From Nitrosopumilus sp. (GTDB lineage: Archaea; Thermoproteota; Nitrososphaeria; Nitrososphaerales; Nitrosopumilaceae), in contig OZ241981.1 in assembly GCA_965204345.1 (NCBI GenBank), positions 288,001 to 352,000 on the forward strand: a stretch of DNA of 64,000 bases. Direction: 5' to 3'. The number at the start of each line of letters is the position of its first letter. Position 1 is the stretch's first letter. The position numbers and the translations under genes were made by a program. Positions 18,948 through 29,704 of this stretch are shown here, piece after piece. The notes beneath the pieces were generated by a model. It worked only from the letters and a program-made list of their open reading frames with translations, was not told where the DNA came from and did no database searches.

Positions 18948-19616
18948 ATGGGTGTGAGATTGCACAGAGAAAATCGTGATTGGTTTTCAAAGAGAAAAAT
19001 ATTCTGGGAACCACATCCAGAAATTTCCCAAAGAGGTGGATTGTCATCTTATAACAAGGCATCTAAACAGGAATATTCTCAAAAGAACTTCTTTCTGCAC
19101 AAGCCATTAAAACACATCAGAGTCATTCACATTAGCAACCAAGCCGGAATTGAGATTAAAGGTGACAACAAATGGAAAATTATAATTGAAAATATCTCAA
19201 AGATCAATCCCTCAATACACAACATCAAGAATTACCACTCATGGACGCAACAGAGCCGTGAGGGCATAGCCTTTATTATTGTCGGGTGTGTAGGTATATT
19301 GATGTCTTGGCCCACGATGGATGTTGGCACTCGTATCAAGGATTACGCTTGTTACGCATACCGGAAGCTAGATTCTTGGACTTACATGGATGTTGGTGCC
19401 AGTATTCAGGAAGCCGTATACGATATGGGCAAACAGAATGAGAAGAGATTGGAATTCCTCAAAGAATCTCAGAAGGACATGCAAACAACTCAGAGGAAAA
19501 TGCAAGCAACTCTAAAGGAGATTGCAGCAACCCTAAAGAATATTGCAGAATCAAAGCAAGAGACCGGATCATCTCAGCAAGAGACAAAGGACAAACTGCA
19601 AAAAAAGGATCAGTGA
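18948..19616 (+). CDS. hypothetical membrane protein with C-terminal coiled coil (start uncertain)
   Basis: EGIAFIIVGCVG TM segment + Q/K/E heptads; paralog of 20264..20791. Confidence 0.5.
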   Translation: MGVRLHRENRDWFSKRKIFWEPHPEISQRGGLSSYNKASKQEYSQKNFFLHKPLKHIRVIHISNQAGIEIKGDNKWKIIIENISKINPSIHNIKNYHSWTQQSREGIAFIIVGCVGILMSWPTMDVGTRIKDYACYAYRKLDSWTYMDVGASIQEAVYDMGKQNEKRLEFLKESQKDMQTTQRKMQATLKEIAATLKNIAESKQETGSSQQETKDKLQKKDQ

Positions 19617-19824
19617 GTTCTTCAAGCACCCAAATTTATAACCCATCCATGATTCATCAAATCCCATCTATACAGAATCCAGATGGCATGATGATGCACA
19701 TGGAAAACCGCAAAAGGTTTCAAAATATTGTTTCTGATAACTGCAAGCAGATATACTCAAAGAATGCATCATAATTCTCATACAGAAACCGCACTACTGG
19801 CAGCGTTATGCCAGTAATAGGAGG

Positions 19825-20271
19825 TTGAACCGTTTGGCTCAACAACAAAAACAGATTAGTGAAGACACTCAAAAAACCTCACAATCAGAAATACAGACCC
19901 AATCTAGCAGGGAGGTACACGTTACCAAGGAAGTCGGGTTTTCTATAAAAGCCTCTGATGATAGCGTAAAAATTCCATCACAGGAGTTTGTAGATGATGC
20001 ATTTGATGCACTCGTATATGAAATCAGATGCCAGAGAGGTCCAAAACGGGCACAGGCCAGCCAGTACACGGTCATACTGTATGACAATATCGAAAGAACA
20101 GGAGACCATAATGACTGCATTGTAACGCAAATCGATACAGACATGGAAAAACCAGATGGATTTATGCAAGTACATGGATGGACTACCGTATCAGAGGCAA
20201 AGAGACGACGACAGGATGCAAGAAACATGACACAAGCACGTAAAATACTGGAGACACAGAACCGTGATTAA
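19825..20271 (+). CDS. hypothetical protein
   Basis: 148-aa ORF overlapping the next start. Confidence 0.5.
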   Translation: MNRLAQQQKQISEDTQKTSQSEIQTQSSREVHVTKEVGFSIKASDDSVKIPSQEFVDDAFDALVYEIRCQRGPKRAQASQYTVILYDNIERTGDHNDCIVTQIDTDMEKPDGFMQVHGWTTVSEAKRRRQDARNMTQARKILETQNRD

Positions 20272-20791
20272 ATGGGGAAAAATCAAGCAGAAGTTCGGGG
20301 ATATCGTACGAGCTCTGCTATGCATACCTGAAAAAATAATTCAAGTGTGGATGGGCGATAGCAGTAGTGATGGAACAGACGCAGAAATCCAAAAAAGCCT
20401 AAAGTACAAAATAAAGATCGGCTTTGTAAAGCGTCAGAACTGGATCTTTATTGTCATGATATCTGCTGGGTCCGCCATGCTAGTCCTAAGCCAGATTACG
20501 TATCCTCAGCTACTAAGTGAGGGCATAGCCTTTATTATTGTAGGATGCGTAGGCTTACTGATGTCTATAATCACGTCAGATATTGGCTCCAGTATAAAGA
20601 AAGCAGTATACGATATGGGCAAACAGAATGAGAAGGGATTGGAATTTCTCAAAGAATCTCAGAAGAACATGCAAACAACTCAGGAGAACATACAAACAAC
20701 TCTAACTGAGATTGCAACAACCCTAAAGAATATTGCAAAATCAAAGCAAGAGACTGGATCATCTCAGCAAGAGACAAAGGACATACTGTAA
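20264..20791 (+). CDS. hypothetical two-TM protein with coiled-coil tail
   Basis: two hydrophobic segments; paralog of 18948..19616. Confidence 0.6.
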   Translation: MIKWGKIKQKFGDIVRALLCIPEKIIQVWMGDSSSDGTDAEIQKSLKYKIKIGFVKRQNWIFIVMISAGSAMLVLSQITYPQLLSEGIAFIIVGCVGLLMSIITSDIGSSIKKAVYDMGKQNEKGLEFLKESQKNMQTTQENIQTTLTEIATTLKNIAKSKQETGSSQQETKDIL

Positions 20792-21054
20792 AAAATGATC
20801 AGTGGGTCCTTCAAGCATCCAAACTTATAACCAATCCATGATTCATCAAAATTCATCTGTCATAGAATCCAGATGGCATGATATTCATGGGAAACCGCAA
20901 AAGGTTTCAAAATATTGTTTCTGAGAACTGCAAGCAGATGTATTCAGAGAATGCATCATGGTTCTCATACAGAAACCGCACTATTGGCAGCGTTACGCCA
21001 GTAATAGGAGGTTGAACCGTATGGCTCAACAACAGATTAATGCAAGTGAAGGCT

Positions 21055-21445
21055 CCAAGGTAAGATAAAACAGATATGAATATTGTCATTACGCCTCAAA
21101 AATCAAAGCTTGGCCATCCACATATAACCAAAAACAGATTCTCAGAATGCAAATTTTGATATGCTGTCATTTGAGCAAGGTGTAAGCTGTGAGCAATCCT
21201 CTGACAGAGATGAAATATATCATTTAGAGGAACTGCGTTGAAGAGTTTGATTACGATGGATTTGCCGAAAAACTGATCATAGACGTATTCATAGCCGTAA
21301 CTGCTGATGTAATTAGCGAATATCCGGACTTGACACGGTTCATCTCATCTAAGGTAATACAGGACACAAGTTATACGTATGAAGAAAGTCATATTCCAGT
21401 TAAACTCAAACTCGTAGATCATGATGTCATATACAGATATGATGA
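21055..21445 (+). pseudogene. remnant of X 3' end, intergenic region and scaffold metzincin region
   Basis: matches 7340-7471 then jumps to gagcaatcc..FAEKLIIDVFIA..IPVKLKLVD; signal/prodomain deleted between ggtgtaa and ggtgcaa. Confidence 0.75.
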
Positions 21446-22115
21446 GCTGCTAGTTATTTCACGGTTCTAAGGCGGCTTGTATGTCATACCAAGCACTTGA
21501 GCATACCTCAATAGGAACTGTTTGCTGCACACATATTATTGGCTCCAGAGGTGCAAGTGACTCAAGACCCGCATCTTAATGCATCATCAAAATAAGAATG
21601 ACACGTGGGTGTAAAAAGTATGCCAACTATCGTAAAGACTATGACTGCAATGCCAAATAAAAAAAGAGGAGACGGAAGCTTGATCATTGCAGCCTAAGAG
21701 CAGACTTGGGAGCTGATAAACTTTGATGATCGAATTACGGGAATTTATCAAATCCGAATTGGACAGTCCTATGAAATGTCCCAAGTTTGCAAGTGTACGT
21801 GGAATAGTCTATCGGGTTATCGAGAACTAAAACACGGTTCTTCTCCAAAATTTTGACATTCTCCAATCTCAGATGCGTGTCATGCTAGGTGTTCTTCCCA
21901 ATCCAATCAAATAACATGTCAGGAGATTTTGCCTCGGATCAAGTATTGCGATAATTCTTCTTTGGAGGGTTTACCTGAACTTTAATTACCGCGGTCTGAT
22001 ACTTTTCTGCATCTGAAAATTCTAAAACAGATACATTGCTTGGATATCCAAGACAGGCCTGCCATTACACATATCTTGCAAGATTAGCATTAGATATTTT
22101 TAATCCAAAAATATC

Positions 22116-23267
22116 ATGCTTTTAATGGCAAAAATTCTTGGAATTATAGGCGGGGGCCAATTAGGAATGATGATCGTAGAGGCTGCAAAAAAAATGCCAA
22201 ACAGAGTATCTGAAATCATTGTATTAGATCCTACAGAAAATTGTCCTGCTGCACAGGCAGGAGCAACACAGATTGTGGCAGATTTTAAGGATAAAACAGC
22301 CATAGAGGAATTGGCAATGAAATCAGATATCATAACATATGAAATCGAATCAGGAGATAGCAATGTCTTAAAGTCAGTTGAAAAAAACACACAGGTTAAT
22401 CCGTCCCCTGAAACCCTAAGGGTGATTCAGGATAAATTCTTGCAAAAAACCTTCTTAAAAGAAAACAGCATACCAGTTCCAGATTTTGTAAAAATCAAAT
22501 CAATAGATGATGTAAAAAAAGAGGCAGAGAATTTTGGATATCCCGTATTGTTAAAAACCAGAAGAGACGCATATGATGGCAGGGGGAATCATAAAATTAG
22601 CTCCAGAGAAGAGATACAAAAGGCATTTGATCGTTTCAAGGGTCAGAAATTGTTGTTAGAAAAATTCGTCCCGTTTAAAATGGAAGTGTCAGTAATTGCA
22701 GCAAGAAACACGCAAGGCCAGATCAAGACATATCCATTGGTTGAAAATATTCATGAAGACAACATACTACGTCAGACAATTGCGCCTGCAAGGGTATCAG
22801 AAAAAGTAACAAAAAATGCAGAAGAGATTGCAGAGAGGACAATGAATGTCTTAAAGGGTGCGGGAATTTTTGGAATAGAGATGTTTGTAACGCAAGATGA
22901 CGAAATACTAATTAATGAAATAGCGCCCAGAGTGCATAATTCAGGACACCATACACTACAATCAAGTCAGACATCCCAATTTGAGCAGCACCTAAGGGCA
23001 ATTTTGGGATTGGATCTTGGAAGTACAAAGCTGCTTTACAATACCATCATGTACAACATTTTAGGAAGCAGGGAATTTGAGGGAGAATACAAGCCTCCAA
23101 GGATTACAAAGGAGAACGTATTTTTGAAAATGTATGGAAAGAAAATTTCAAAGCCGTTGAGGAAGTTAGGGCATTTTAATCTCGTTGGGACAAGCAATGA
23201 TACAGTTGATCAGCTTTTAGAGAAATTAGAGAGCCTTAAAGACAGTTCAGCTGTTCAACCAATCTGA
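22116..23267 (+). CDS. purK: N5-carboxyaminoimidazole ribonucleotide synthase
   Basis: GIIGGGQLG, YDGRGN, NEIAPRVHNSGH, RKLGH. Confidence 0.95.
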   Translation: MLLMAKILGIIGGGQLGMMIVEAAKKMPNRVSEIIVLDPTENCPAAQAGATQIVADFKDKTAIEELAMKSDIITYEIESGDSNVLKSVEKNTQVNPSPETLRVIQDKFLQKTFLKENSIPVPDFVKIKSIDDVKKEAENFGYPVLLKTRRDAYDGRGNHKISSREEIQKAFDRFKGQKLLLEKFVPFKMEVSVIAARNTQGQIKTYPLVENIHEDNILRQTIAPARVSEKVTKNAEEIAERTMNVLKGAGIFGIEMFVTQDDEILINEIAPRVHNSGHHTLQSSQTSQFEQHLRAILGLDLGSTKLLYNTIMYNILGSREFEGEYKPPRITKENVFLKMYGKKISKPLRKLGHFNLVGTSNDTVDQLLEKLESLKDSSAVQPI

Positions 23268-23280
23268 TTAGGTTTATTAA

Positions 23281-23694
23281 TTGTCAATAAGGCATTTGAT
23301 CATGGCATTATCTGCAGCAATGGTTCTAACAGCAGTAGCAATAGCACTGCTACTAGTCTATGCGGCAGATGTTGCAGTAATAGAGACCACAGGCAACGAA
23401 GACGGATTTCTTCCATTTGATCATAAAATTAGGGGAATGGGACTAGGCCTGCCTGCACTGATTTTGCCATTTATTGCATATTTTATCTCAAGAAAAGATC
23501 CCTCAAAAGGATTAGGGGCAATGATCATAGTTGCGGGATTTTTGATTCTGTTTGGAGGCGTCTTTGTAATTGGAAATGCAGATCCGGCAGAGGCAGAGGC
23601 ATCAGGAAGAGATGCCATGTCCGAAGCAGGTCCACTAATAATTGCAGGAGCAGTTCAGATCGGACTAGGCATACTTAAAATAAAAAAATCCTAA
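23281..23694 (+). CDS. hypothetical membrane protein
   Basis: four hydrophobic segments. Confidence 0.75.
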   Translation: MSIRHLIMALSAAMVLTAVAIALLLVYAADVAVIETTGNEDGFLPFDHKIRGMGLGLPALILPFIAYFISRKDPSKGLGAMIIVAGFLILFGGVFVIGNADPAEAEASGRDAMSEAGPLIIAGAVQIGLGILKIKKS

Positions 23695-23704
23695 AAGAAG
23701 AGCC

Positions 23705-23830
23705 ATGCCAACTTGTACAAAGTGTGAAAATAACGTAAGCAAAGTATATGATTGTGACCACACGGATTTTGAGGAATACTGCACAGAGTGCTATACTGAA
23801 TTGCACTACTATATCACAGAGAGTAAATAA
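23705..23830 (+). CDS. small Zn-finger-like protein (41 aa)
   Basis: MPTCTKCENNVSKVYDCDHTDFEEYCTECYTELHYY; fills the gap between genes. Confidence 0.6.
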   Translation: MPTCTKCENNVSKVYDCDHTDFEEYCTECYTELHYYITESK

Positions 23831-23834
23831 CAAA

Positions 23835-24083
23835 ATGCTAACAGAGAGGGATATTGTAATTTATGCACTAGGTAAGACAGAAGGAGTTCATTCAATTGCA
23901 GAGACACTAGGCAGGGGATTTGATGATGAAAAATACATAGAGTCATGGAATAAAACTATGAACATATTGGGAATCAAGATGTCCTTAAAGGAGATGGAGA
24001 AAATTTACAATGAATTTGCAAAAAAAATGGAGGATTTGGCAGATTCTGAAGGCATAAAGCCAGAAGAATCCCCAACAAAATAG
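23835..24083 (+). CDS. hypothetical protein
   Basis: ATG MLTERDIV; abuts the next gene. Confidence 0.7.
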   Translation: MLTERDIVIYALGKTEGVHSIAETLGRGFDDEKYIESWNKTMNILGIKMSLKEMEKIYNEFAKKMEDLADSEGIKPEESPTK

Positions 24084-24752
24084 ATGAAAGCCATCATTTT
24101 AGCCGGAGGAAGGGGCAGGCGGTTAAGGCCGATTACAGACTATGTGCCAAAACCCCTGATTCCGATAAAAAACGTTCCCATAATAGAATGGCAGTTACGC
24201 TATCTTAAAAAATCTGGAATAAAGGAAGTCATTATTTGTACAGGATACAAACAAGGAATGATTGAATCTTATCTGGATTCAAAAAAATTGGGAATCAAAA
24301 TAGGATACTCTGTTGAAAAGACAGCACTAGGTACAGGCGGTGCAATAAAAAAAGCTGGAAGAAGAATCAAAGAAAAGTCTTTTTATGTAATTAATGGGGA
24401 TACGATCACAGACATTGATCTAAAAAAACTGCCTGCTGCAAAGAACTCCATTGCAGCAGTAGAGCTAAGGACAAAGTTTGGGGTTTTAGAAACAGACAAT
24501 GACAAAATTATAAAATTCAAAGAGAAGAAAGAAATTTCAAACTTGTGGATGAATGCAGGGATTTATCTCCTGCAAAGGGACACGCTAAAAGATCTGCCAA
24601 GCAGGGGAGACATTGAAAAGACAGTCTTCCCAGATTATGCAAAAAAAGGGACGCTATACATTACAAAATTTAAAAATGTAAAATGGTATTCAGTGGATTC
24701 CTTCAAAGACATGGAAGAATGCTCCTTGGAAATAGAGAAAATAATAAGATAA
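24084..24752 (+). CDS. sugar-phosphate nucleotidyltransferase
   Basis: MKAIILAGGRGRRLRPITDYVPKPL, GTGGA, NGD. Confidence 0.92.
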   Translation: MKAIILAGGRGRRLRPITDYVPKPLIPIKNVPIIEWQLRYLKKSGIKEVIICTGYKQGMIESYLDSKKLGIKIGYSVEKTALGTGGAIKKAGRRIKEKSFYVINGDTITDIDLKKLPAAKNSIAAVELRTKFGVLETDNDKIIKFKEKKEISNLWMNAGIYLLQRDTLKDLPSRGDIEKTVFPDYAKKGTLYITKFKNVKWYSVDSFKDMEECSLEIEKIIR

Positions 24753-24761
24753 AGGTAAGAT

Positions 24762-24953
24762 TTATGCGCCTGTTCGGTGCAGTGTAACCATGCAGTAAGC
24801 AACTTCCTCTAAAAAGCGCTCATCCTTGCTGGCTGAGGCATACTTTGTAGCATCAGTCCAAAACGCCGGTTTTTTTACAGTTTTATCTGAAGAGACTTGT
24901 CCATTCAACATTTTTGATTCTATTCTAATAGGATAATGCTCATCCTCAACCAA
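24762..24953 (-). CDS. hypothetical small protein
   Basis: 63-aa ORF filling an intergenic gap. Confidence 0.45.
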   Translation of the reverse strand: MVEDEHYPIRIESKMLNGQVSSDKTVKKPAFWTDATKYASASKDERFLEEVAYCMVTLHRTGA

Positions 24954-25009
24954 AATTAACCTATTGCTAAAACAGATACACTAGAATATCCAAAAAACAT
25001 ACAACTTTC

Positions 25010-25981
25010 ATGCGTGTTGCATGTAGCTTGGGCTCTTTGCTATCCATAGATGAGGTATTGCAATGCTCAGAAAGTATTGCAAAGACCAATACAGAGACAG
25101 TATGGGTGCCTGAGACATGGGGTATGGAGAATTTTTCCATTTTAGGCGCAGTCTCATCAAAGACGGCAACTCAAAAAATAGGTTCGTCAATAATCAACAT
25201 CTTTTCTAGGAGTCCCTCATCCATAGCAATGGGTGCAGCTACGCTTGATTCATTGTCAAATGGGAGATTGGTCTTGGGACTGGGAACTAGCAGCATGCCC
25301 ATTGTGGAATCATTTCACGGATACAAATTTGAAAGACCACTGCAAAGAATGAAAGAATATGTGGAAATAATTCGCCTTGTATTGTCAGGCAGACAGATAA
25401 ACTATGACGGAGAGATTTTCAAGTTAAATGACTTTACGCTTTTAATAAAGCCGCAACGAAGCGAGATACCGATTTATCTTGCCGCAATAAATAAAAAAAT
25501 GGTAAACTTGGCGTGGGAGATTGGCAATGGCGTAATTTTTTATCTCAGGCCGTTAAGCGAAATGAGACAGACGATTTCAAAAATGCAGTCAAAGAAAGAA
25601 ATTGATGTGGCATGCCAACTAATCACATGTGTCTCAGAAAATTCAGAAGAGGCTGCTATTCGGGCAAAAAAAACGGTGGCATTTTACATTTCTGTTGGCC
25701 GGATATACAGAAAATTCTTAGCTAGCAATGGGTTTGGCAGTGAGACATCAAACATTTATGAGGAATTTAAGAGATCAGGGTTTAAGATGAACCACGAGCT
25801 GGTGACAGACTCTATGCTAAAAGATCTTGCAATTTTTGGAACCCCTGATGAATGCAAAAGACAGTTAACAAGTTTTGTTGATGCGGGAATTACTCAGCCC
25901 ATTTTGCAATTTAATCCAACAGGGGACAGCACGTCGGACTCTTTTAAACTATTCAAAAAAACATTTCTGGAGGAAACATGA
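25010..25981 (+). CDS. LLM-class (F420/flavin-dependent) oxidoreductase
   Basis: WVPE, ATLDSLSNGRLVLGLG, GTPDEC. Confidence 0.9.
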   Translation: MRVACSLGSLLSIDEVLQCSESIAKTNTETVWVPETWGMENFSILGAVSSKTATQKIGSSIINIFSRSPSSIAMGAATLDSLSNGRLVLGLGTSSMPIVESFHGYKFERPLQRMKEYVEIIRLVLSGRQINYDGEIFKLNDFTLLIKPQRSEIPIYLAAINKKMVNLAWEIGNGVIFYLRPLSEMRQTISKMQSKKEIDVACQLITCVSENSEEAAIRAKKTVAFYISVGRIYRKFLASNGFGSETSNIYEEFKRSGFKMNHELVTDSMLKDLAIFGTPDECKRQLTSFVDAGITQPILQFNPTGDSTSDSFKLFKKTFLEET

Positions 25982-27087
25982 GCAAGATAGGAATCATAGG
26001 ATATGGCAGCGTGCCCTTTACCCAGGAGGATCAAAAAATCGAGGAAATTCTGCTTGACTCAGCAAGAGCACTCTTCAAAAAAAATCCCGCAATACAAAAA
26101 AATAGTGTGGATGGTGTCCTAGTATCTACAAACAATAACTCAAAGTATTTGGCCCCAATTTTATCAGAGATGGCAGGAATTGAGCCAAAAATATCCAACA
26201 CCATAGAAAATCTGTGCAGTTCAGGCACAAATTCCATAGTTTCTGCATATTCGCACATTGCCTCAGGCCTGGCCGACATGGTTCTTGTTGCAGGCGCAGA
26301 AAGATACGACAGTCCAGGGCAGGTACTAGAATGGGACAATTCAAGGGGAGAGTACAAGCACCCAATTTTTTGGGCATCAATATTTGCCAAGTCATACAAA
26401 GAGGAATACGGAATAACAGACGAGCAAGTAGCCATAGTTTCAGTAAAGAACCACAAGCAGGCAAGGGAGAATCCAAATGCACTGCCCAATAAGACGTATA
26501 CAGTTGAGGATGTGATTAATTCTAAAAGAATCACAAAAGATCTCAGGCTGTTGGATTGCTCAAGACCGTGTACGGGTGGCGCATCAATCATTTTAGCATC
26601 AGAGCAGAAAGCAAGACAGATTTCAGATTCGCCTGTCTGGATAACTGGGATAGGACAAAAAACGACCTCAGCGAGTTTTACAAAAAATATCTCATTTAAT
26701 TCCATGAAATCAACAAAGATAGCAGGACAAAACGCACTAAAAATGGCAAATAAAAATATCAAAAATGTAGACGTGGCAGAAATACATGACGCATTTTCAG
26801 TCTGCGAGCCAATGGCATTAGAAGCCCTAGGATTTACAAAAGAGGGGTGCGGCATAAACATGGTAAAGGAACTGCATGAAACAGACAGCTTTAAGATAAA
26901 TCCAAGGGGAGGCCTAATTGGTTCCGGACATCCGTTAGGGGCAACAGGCGTTGCTCAAACCATAGAAATTGTACAGCAGCTTCAAAATAACGCATCAAAA
27001 AGGCAGATAGAAAGGGCAGAAGTGGGACTAGTTCACAACATGTCAGCTGCATCTACATCCTCAACAGTATTGGTTTTAGAGACATGA
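25978..27087 (+). CDS. thiolase family protein
   Basis: ENLCSSG, AEIHDAF, GHPLGATG. Confidence 0.92.
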   Translation: MSKIGIIGYGSVPFTQEDQKIEEILLDSARALFKKNPAIQKNSVDGVLVSTNNNSKYLAPILSEMAGIEPKISNTIENLCSSGTNSIVSAYSHIASGLADMVLVAGAERYDSPGQVLEWDNSRGEYKHPIFWASIFAKSYKEEYGITDEQVAIVSVKNHKQARENPNALPNKTYTVEDVINSKRITKDLRLLDCSRPCTGGASIILASEQKARQISDSPVWITGIGQKTTSASFTKNISFNSMKSTKIAGQNALKMANKNIKNVDVAEIHDAFSVCEPMALEALGFTKEGCGINMVKELHETDSFKINPRGGLIGSGHPLGATGVAQTIEIVQQLQNNASKRQIERAEVGLVHNMSAASTSSTVLVLET

Positions 27088-27392
27088 GTTTTGAAACAAA
27101 ACTGGCAAAGGGGGAATTTTGCATTCCAGAATGCCGGGAATGTAACAAAACCGTATGGCCTCCAGCAAAATTTTGCAGCCATTGTTTTGGGGATGTTTTC
27201 CTAAGAGAGGGCAATTTTGAGGGCAAGATAATAGAATTTTCACAAAAAGATGACAGGTATTTTTGCATAGTGGAATTTGAAGAGACCATGCGCATAATTG
27301 CAAGTATTTCACAAGAACCTACAAGGGGACAAATCGTAAAAATATCAGGGTGTGGAATCAAAGATGGCAGTTATTTCTTCAGTGTGATCTGA
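27084..27392 (+). CDS. DUF35-like Zn-ribbon/OB-fold thiolase partner
   Basis: CRECNKTVWPPAKFCSHC; overlaps the thiolase stop. Confidence 0.85.
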   Translation: MSFETKLAKGEFCIPECRECNKTVWPPAKFCSHCFGDVFLREGNFEGKIIEFSQKDDRYFCIVEFEETMRIIASISQEPTRGQIVKISGCGIKDGSYFFSVI

Positions 27393-28212
27393 ATTTGGTG
27401 TATATGTACGGCGTTTCCACATCCTGATCAAAGGTCCAAACCGTAGGCAGCAAGACAGTCTCAAGGACTCTTAGCATATGCTTTTCAATTAATGAGCTCC
27501 ATCCGCCATTTTTTAGACTGCCTGAGAGTTGTCGTTTGGTATGGGTTCCCGCAAATACAACGCCTGCACTATTTTTTAGGTTTGAAACCGAATTGATCTT
27601 CTCAATAATGCTAGTGGCCAAGACATCACCGCCCATTTGGGCAAGACCACCTATAAAAAAAACGGGTTTTTTCAGATTCAGTGACGAGTACCCAAACTCT
27701 AGTGCATCTGCACAGATTGGATTAAAGTTTTGACCAGTTGATGCGCATATGGTATTTTGTAACCCCACCAAGACATCATCAATTTCAATACTGTGCGGGG
27801 TCAGCCCCAGCAGGTTGCCACAAAAGGCAATGCGGCCGTCCCCGGAACCAATGTCTACTAGCTCAGTGTAGCCAAGACTCTTGGCAATAAATGCCATGAT
27901 AAATGCAGACATTATCCATGTGGGATAAAACGGCTGGCAGCTAGAGCCGTGTTTTATGCTGTTTAGCCAGTATTCGTTGATATCGCCCTCATAGACAGTG
28001 CAAGAAAGTCCATTGATTTTCTCGTCATAGTGATTCAGATAAATCGGATTTTTTAGCGCAAAATCATGCAAGTGTTTTAGCATTTTAGAATCTATGGGAA
28101 ATGCCTCAGAGGCAGATGAGGGAATTACCTCCTGAATATGGGCACTGCCAGAATAATTTTTAGCAAAAGCCTGTTTGACTAAGACTAGGTTTTCCACCAG
28201 CGAGTCAATCAT
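27379..28212 (-). CDS. SAM-dependent methyltransferase-like protein
   Basis: VDIGSGDGR motif I. Confidence 0.75.
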   Translation of the reverse strand: MIDSLVENLVLVKQAFAKNYSGSAHIQEVIPSSASEAFPIDSKMLKHLHDFALKNPIYLNHYDEKINGLSCTVYEGDINEYWLNSIKHGSSCQPFYPTWIMSAFIMAFIAKSLGYTELVDIGSGDGRIAFCGNLLGLTPHSIEIDDVLVGLQNTICASTGQNFNPICADALEFGYSSLNLKKPVFFIGGLAQMGGDVLATSIIEKINSVSNLKNSAGVVFAGTHTKRQLSGSLKNGGWSSLIEKHMLRVLETVLLPTVWTFDQDVETPYIYTKFRSH

Positions 28213-28255
28213 ATTTTTTGTGGCCTTCCGGGTTTGATAAACTCATTGCATTTTG

Positions 28256-28438
28256 TCATTTAGACACCAAATACGATTTACCGCCAGATTTTTTTATCTG
28301 ATCAATAGCTGCTGTTTGTAATTTTGCAATGCTTTTAACGTCGCGTTTAGCAGGATTATCCATCGGCTGAATATCAAGATGTCCCAACGCATTAGGATTC
28401 AAGTCCCTTTGTTTGGAAAGTTTTTCAGGTGCCATCAC
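28256..28438 (-). CDS. hypothetical small protein
   Basis: 60-aa ORF. Confidence 0.4.
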   Translation of the reverse strand: MMAPEKLSKQRDLNPNALGHLDIQPMDNPAKRDVKSIAKLQTAAIDQIKKSGGKSYLVSK

Positions 28439-28560
28439 CAGAAGAATGGAGAAATTCAGTATTTTGTGATTCTAAAACGTTCAGATGAGATGACTCTTGC
28501 ATGATATTTTGTTGAGTTATTGTCTAATTACCTACTGTACTAATCAGATACAAGAATAAC

Positions 28561-29145
28561 ATGGTATTGAGACGTAAATTTACAGCACCCACAATAACAA
28601 AGCAGAAAAACGCTGAAAAATCATCTGAAAACAACCAAAGGGCAGTAAGAAAAAGGAGGCAGAGGGGATATCAGTGGGAAGACACCATCGTTAAAAGATT
28701 CAACAGTACAAAAAAATGGAAGGCCTTTAGATTGGGTTCGCCAAGTATTGCCCTTCCTGATGTGCTAGCAGTCAATAACGAGAACAGTTCAATGTTTACA
28801 ATTGAAGCAAAGTCAGGAACAAGCACATCATTGCCGGTTCCGGCAGATCAAATTGAGCGGTGCCTGGAATGGATTAAGACATTTGGTATCTATAAAAAAA
28901 GAAATGTTTTGCTGGGATTCAAGTTTTTATCAAAAAAAAGAATAGGCATCGACGAATATGAAAGGAGGGAGCTGCGGGAATATTTCAAGATATGGGATGA
29001 GACGCTGAAAGTTACAGATTGCGTGTGCACCTATGATGGAAAGCTCTTTGCAAGGGCAAACGGGACCAGAAAAGAGATACACCTTCAAGAGTGCAAGATG
29101 CCATTTAAAACAAAGCAAAGAAGAACTGGTGCCCAAATAAACTAG
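28561..29145 (+). CDS. Holliday-junction-resolvase-like PD-(D/E)xK nuclease
   Basis: RGYQWE, LPDVLA, IEAKS. Confidence 0.8.
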   Translation: MVLRRKFTAPTITKQKNAEKSSENNQRAVRKRRQRGYQWEDTIVKRFNSTKKWKAFRLGSPSIALPDVLAVNNENSSMFTIEAKSGTSTSLPVPADQIERCLEWIKTFGIYKKRNVLLGFKFLSKKRIGIDEYERRELREYFKIWDETLKVTDCVCTYDGKLFARANGTRKEIHLQECKMPFKTKQRRTGAQIN

Positions 29146-29186
29146 TCCTTCAAATCGTTTTTAAGTACAAGATCTCAAGCAAGTAT

Positions 29187-29636
29187 ATGCCTCAAGAAGA
29201 TACCGATGCAGAATCAGCTGACAAAATTACAGAGTCGTTGCTAGAAACAGTCTCAGATGCAGAAGTTGATTCAAGAGTTAGTTTTGAAGAATTTACAGAT
29301 GAAAGAGCTTTGATCAGCCATGATGCATTTGGCAAAAAACAGATGAAGATCAAAGTACTGGAGGTATCAGATGAAAACCCTGTTTTGAAATGGAAGTTTG
29401 GAGATCGTGTAAAAGTTACAAAAATCCTAGTCACCATCAAACATTTAACGACACAGCAGGTAGAAGAGGCTGAATTTGATATTGAGGCAATTGAAAGGGA
29501 ACTGGCAGAAAAAAGACACTATACTTCAACAAACAGGTGGATTCCTACAGAGGATATCAAAAACGGCTATGTCGTCGGTTCAAAGCACACCAGACTGATC
29601 AGCGATGCAGCAGCGCTAGACTATATCGTGTTTTGA
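29187..29636 (+). CDS. hypothetical protein
   Basis: 149-aa ORF. Confidence 0.75.
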   Translation: MPQEDTDAESADKITESLLETVSDAEVDSRVSFEEFTDERALISHDAFGKKQMKIKVLEVSDENPVLKWKFGDRVKVTKILVTIKHLTTQQVEEAEFDIEAIERELAEKRHYTSTNRWIPTEDIKNGYVVGSKHTRLISDAAALDYIVF

Positions 29637-29704
29637 TCTGAAACCACACTTAAATGACTAATTGGCCTGAAAACATTATAAACAAAAGAAATTGAAAAAA
29701 CAGC

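Larger units (their letters stand above)
19259..21034 (+). repeat. direct repeat of ~0.5-0.6 kb (19259-19846 and 20519-21034)
   Basis: tgagggcatagcctttattattgt ... ggctcaacaaca in both copies. Confidence 0.85.

Noticed and set aside
26031-26861. 276-aa antisense ORF and other long shadow ORFs
   Set aside because: They lie opposite well-supported genes (thiolase etc.) and lack motifs.
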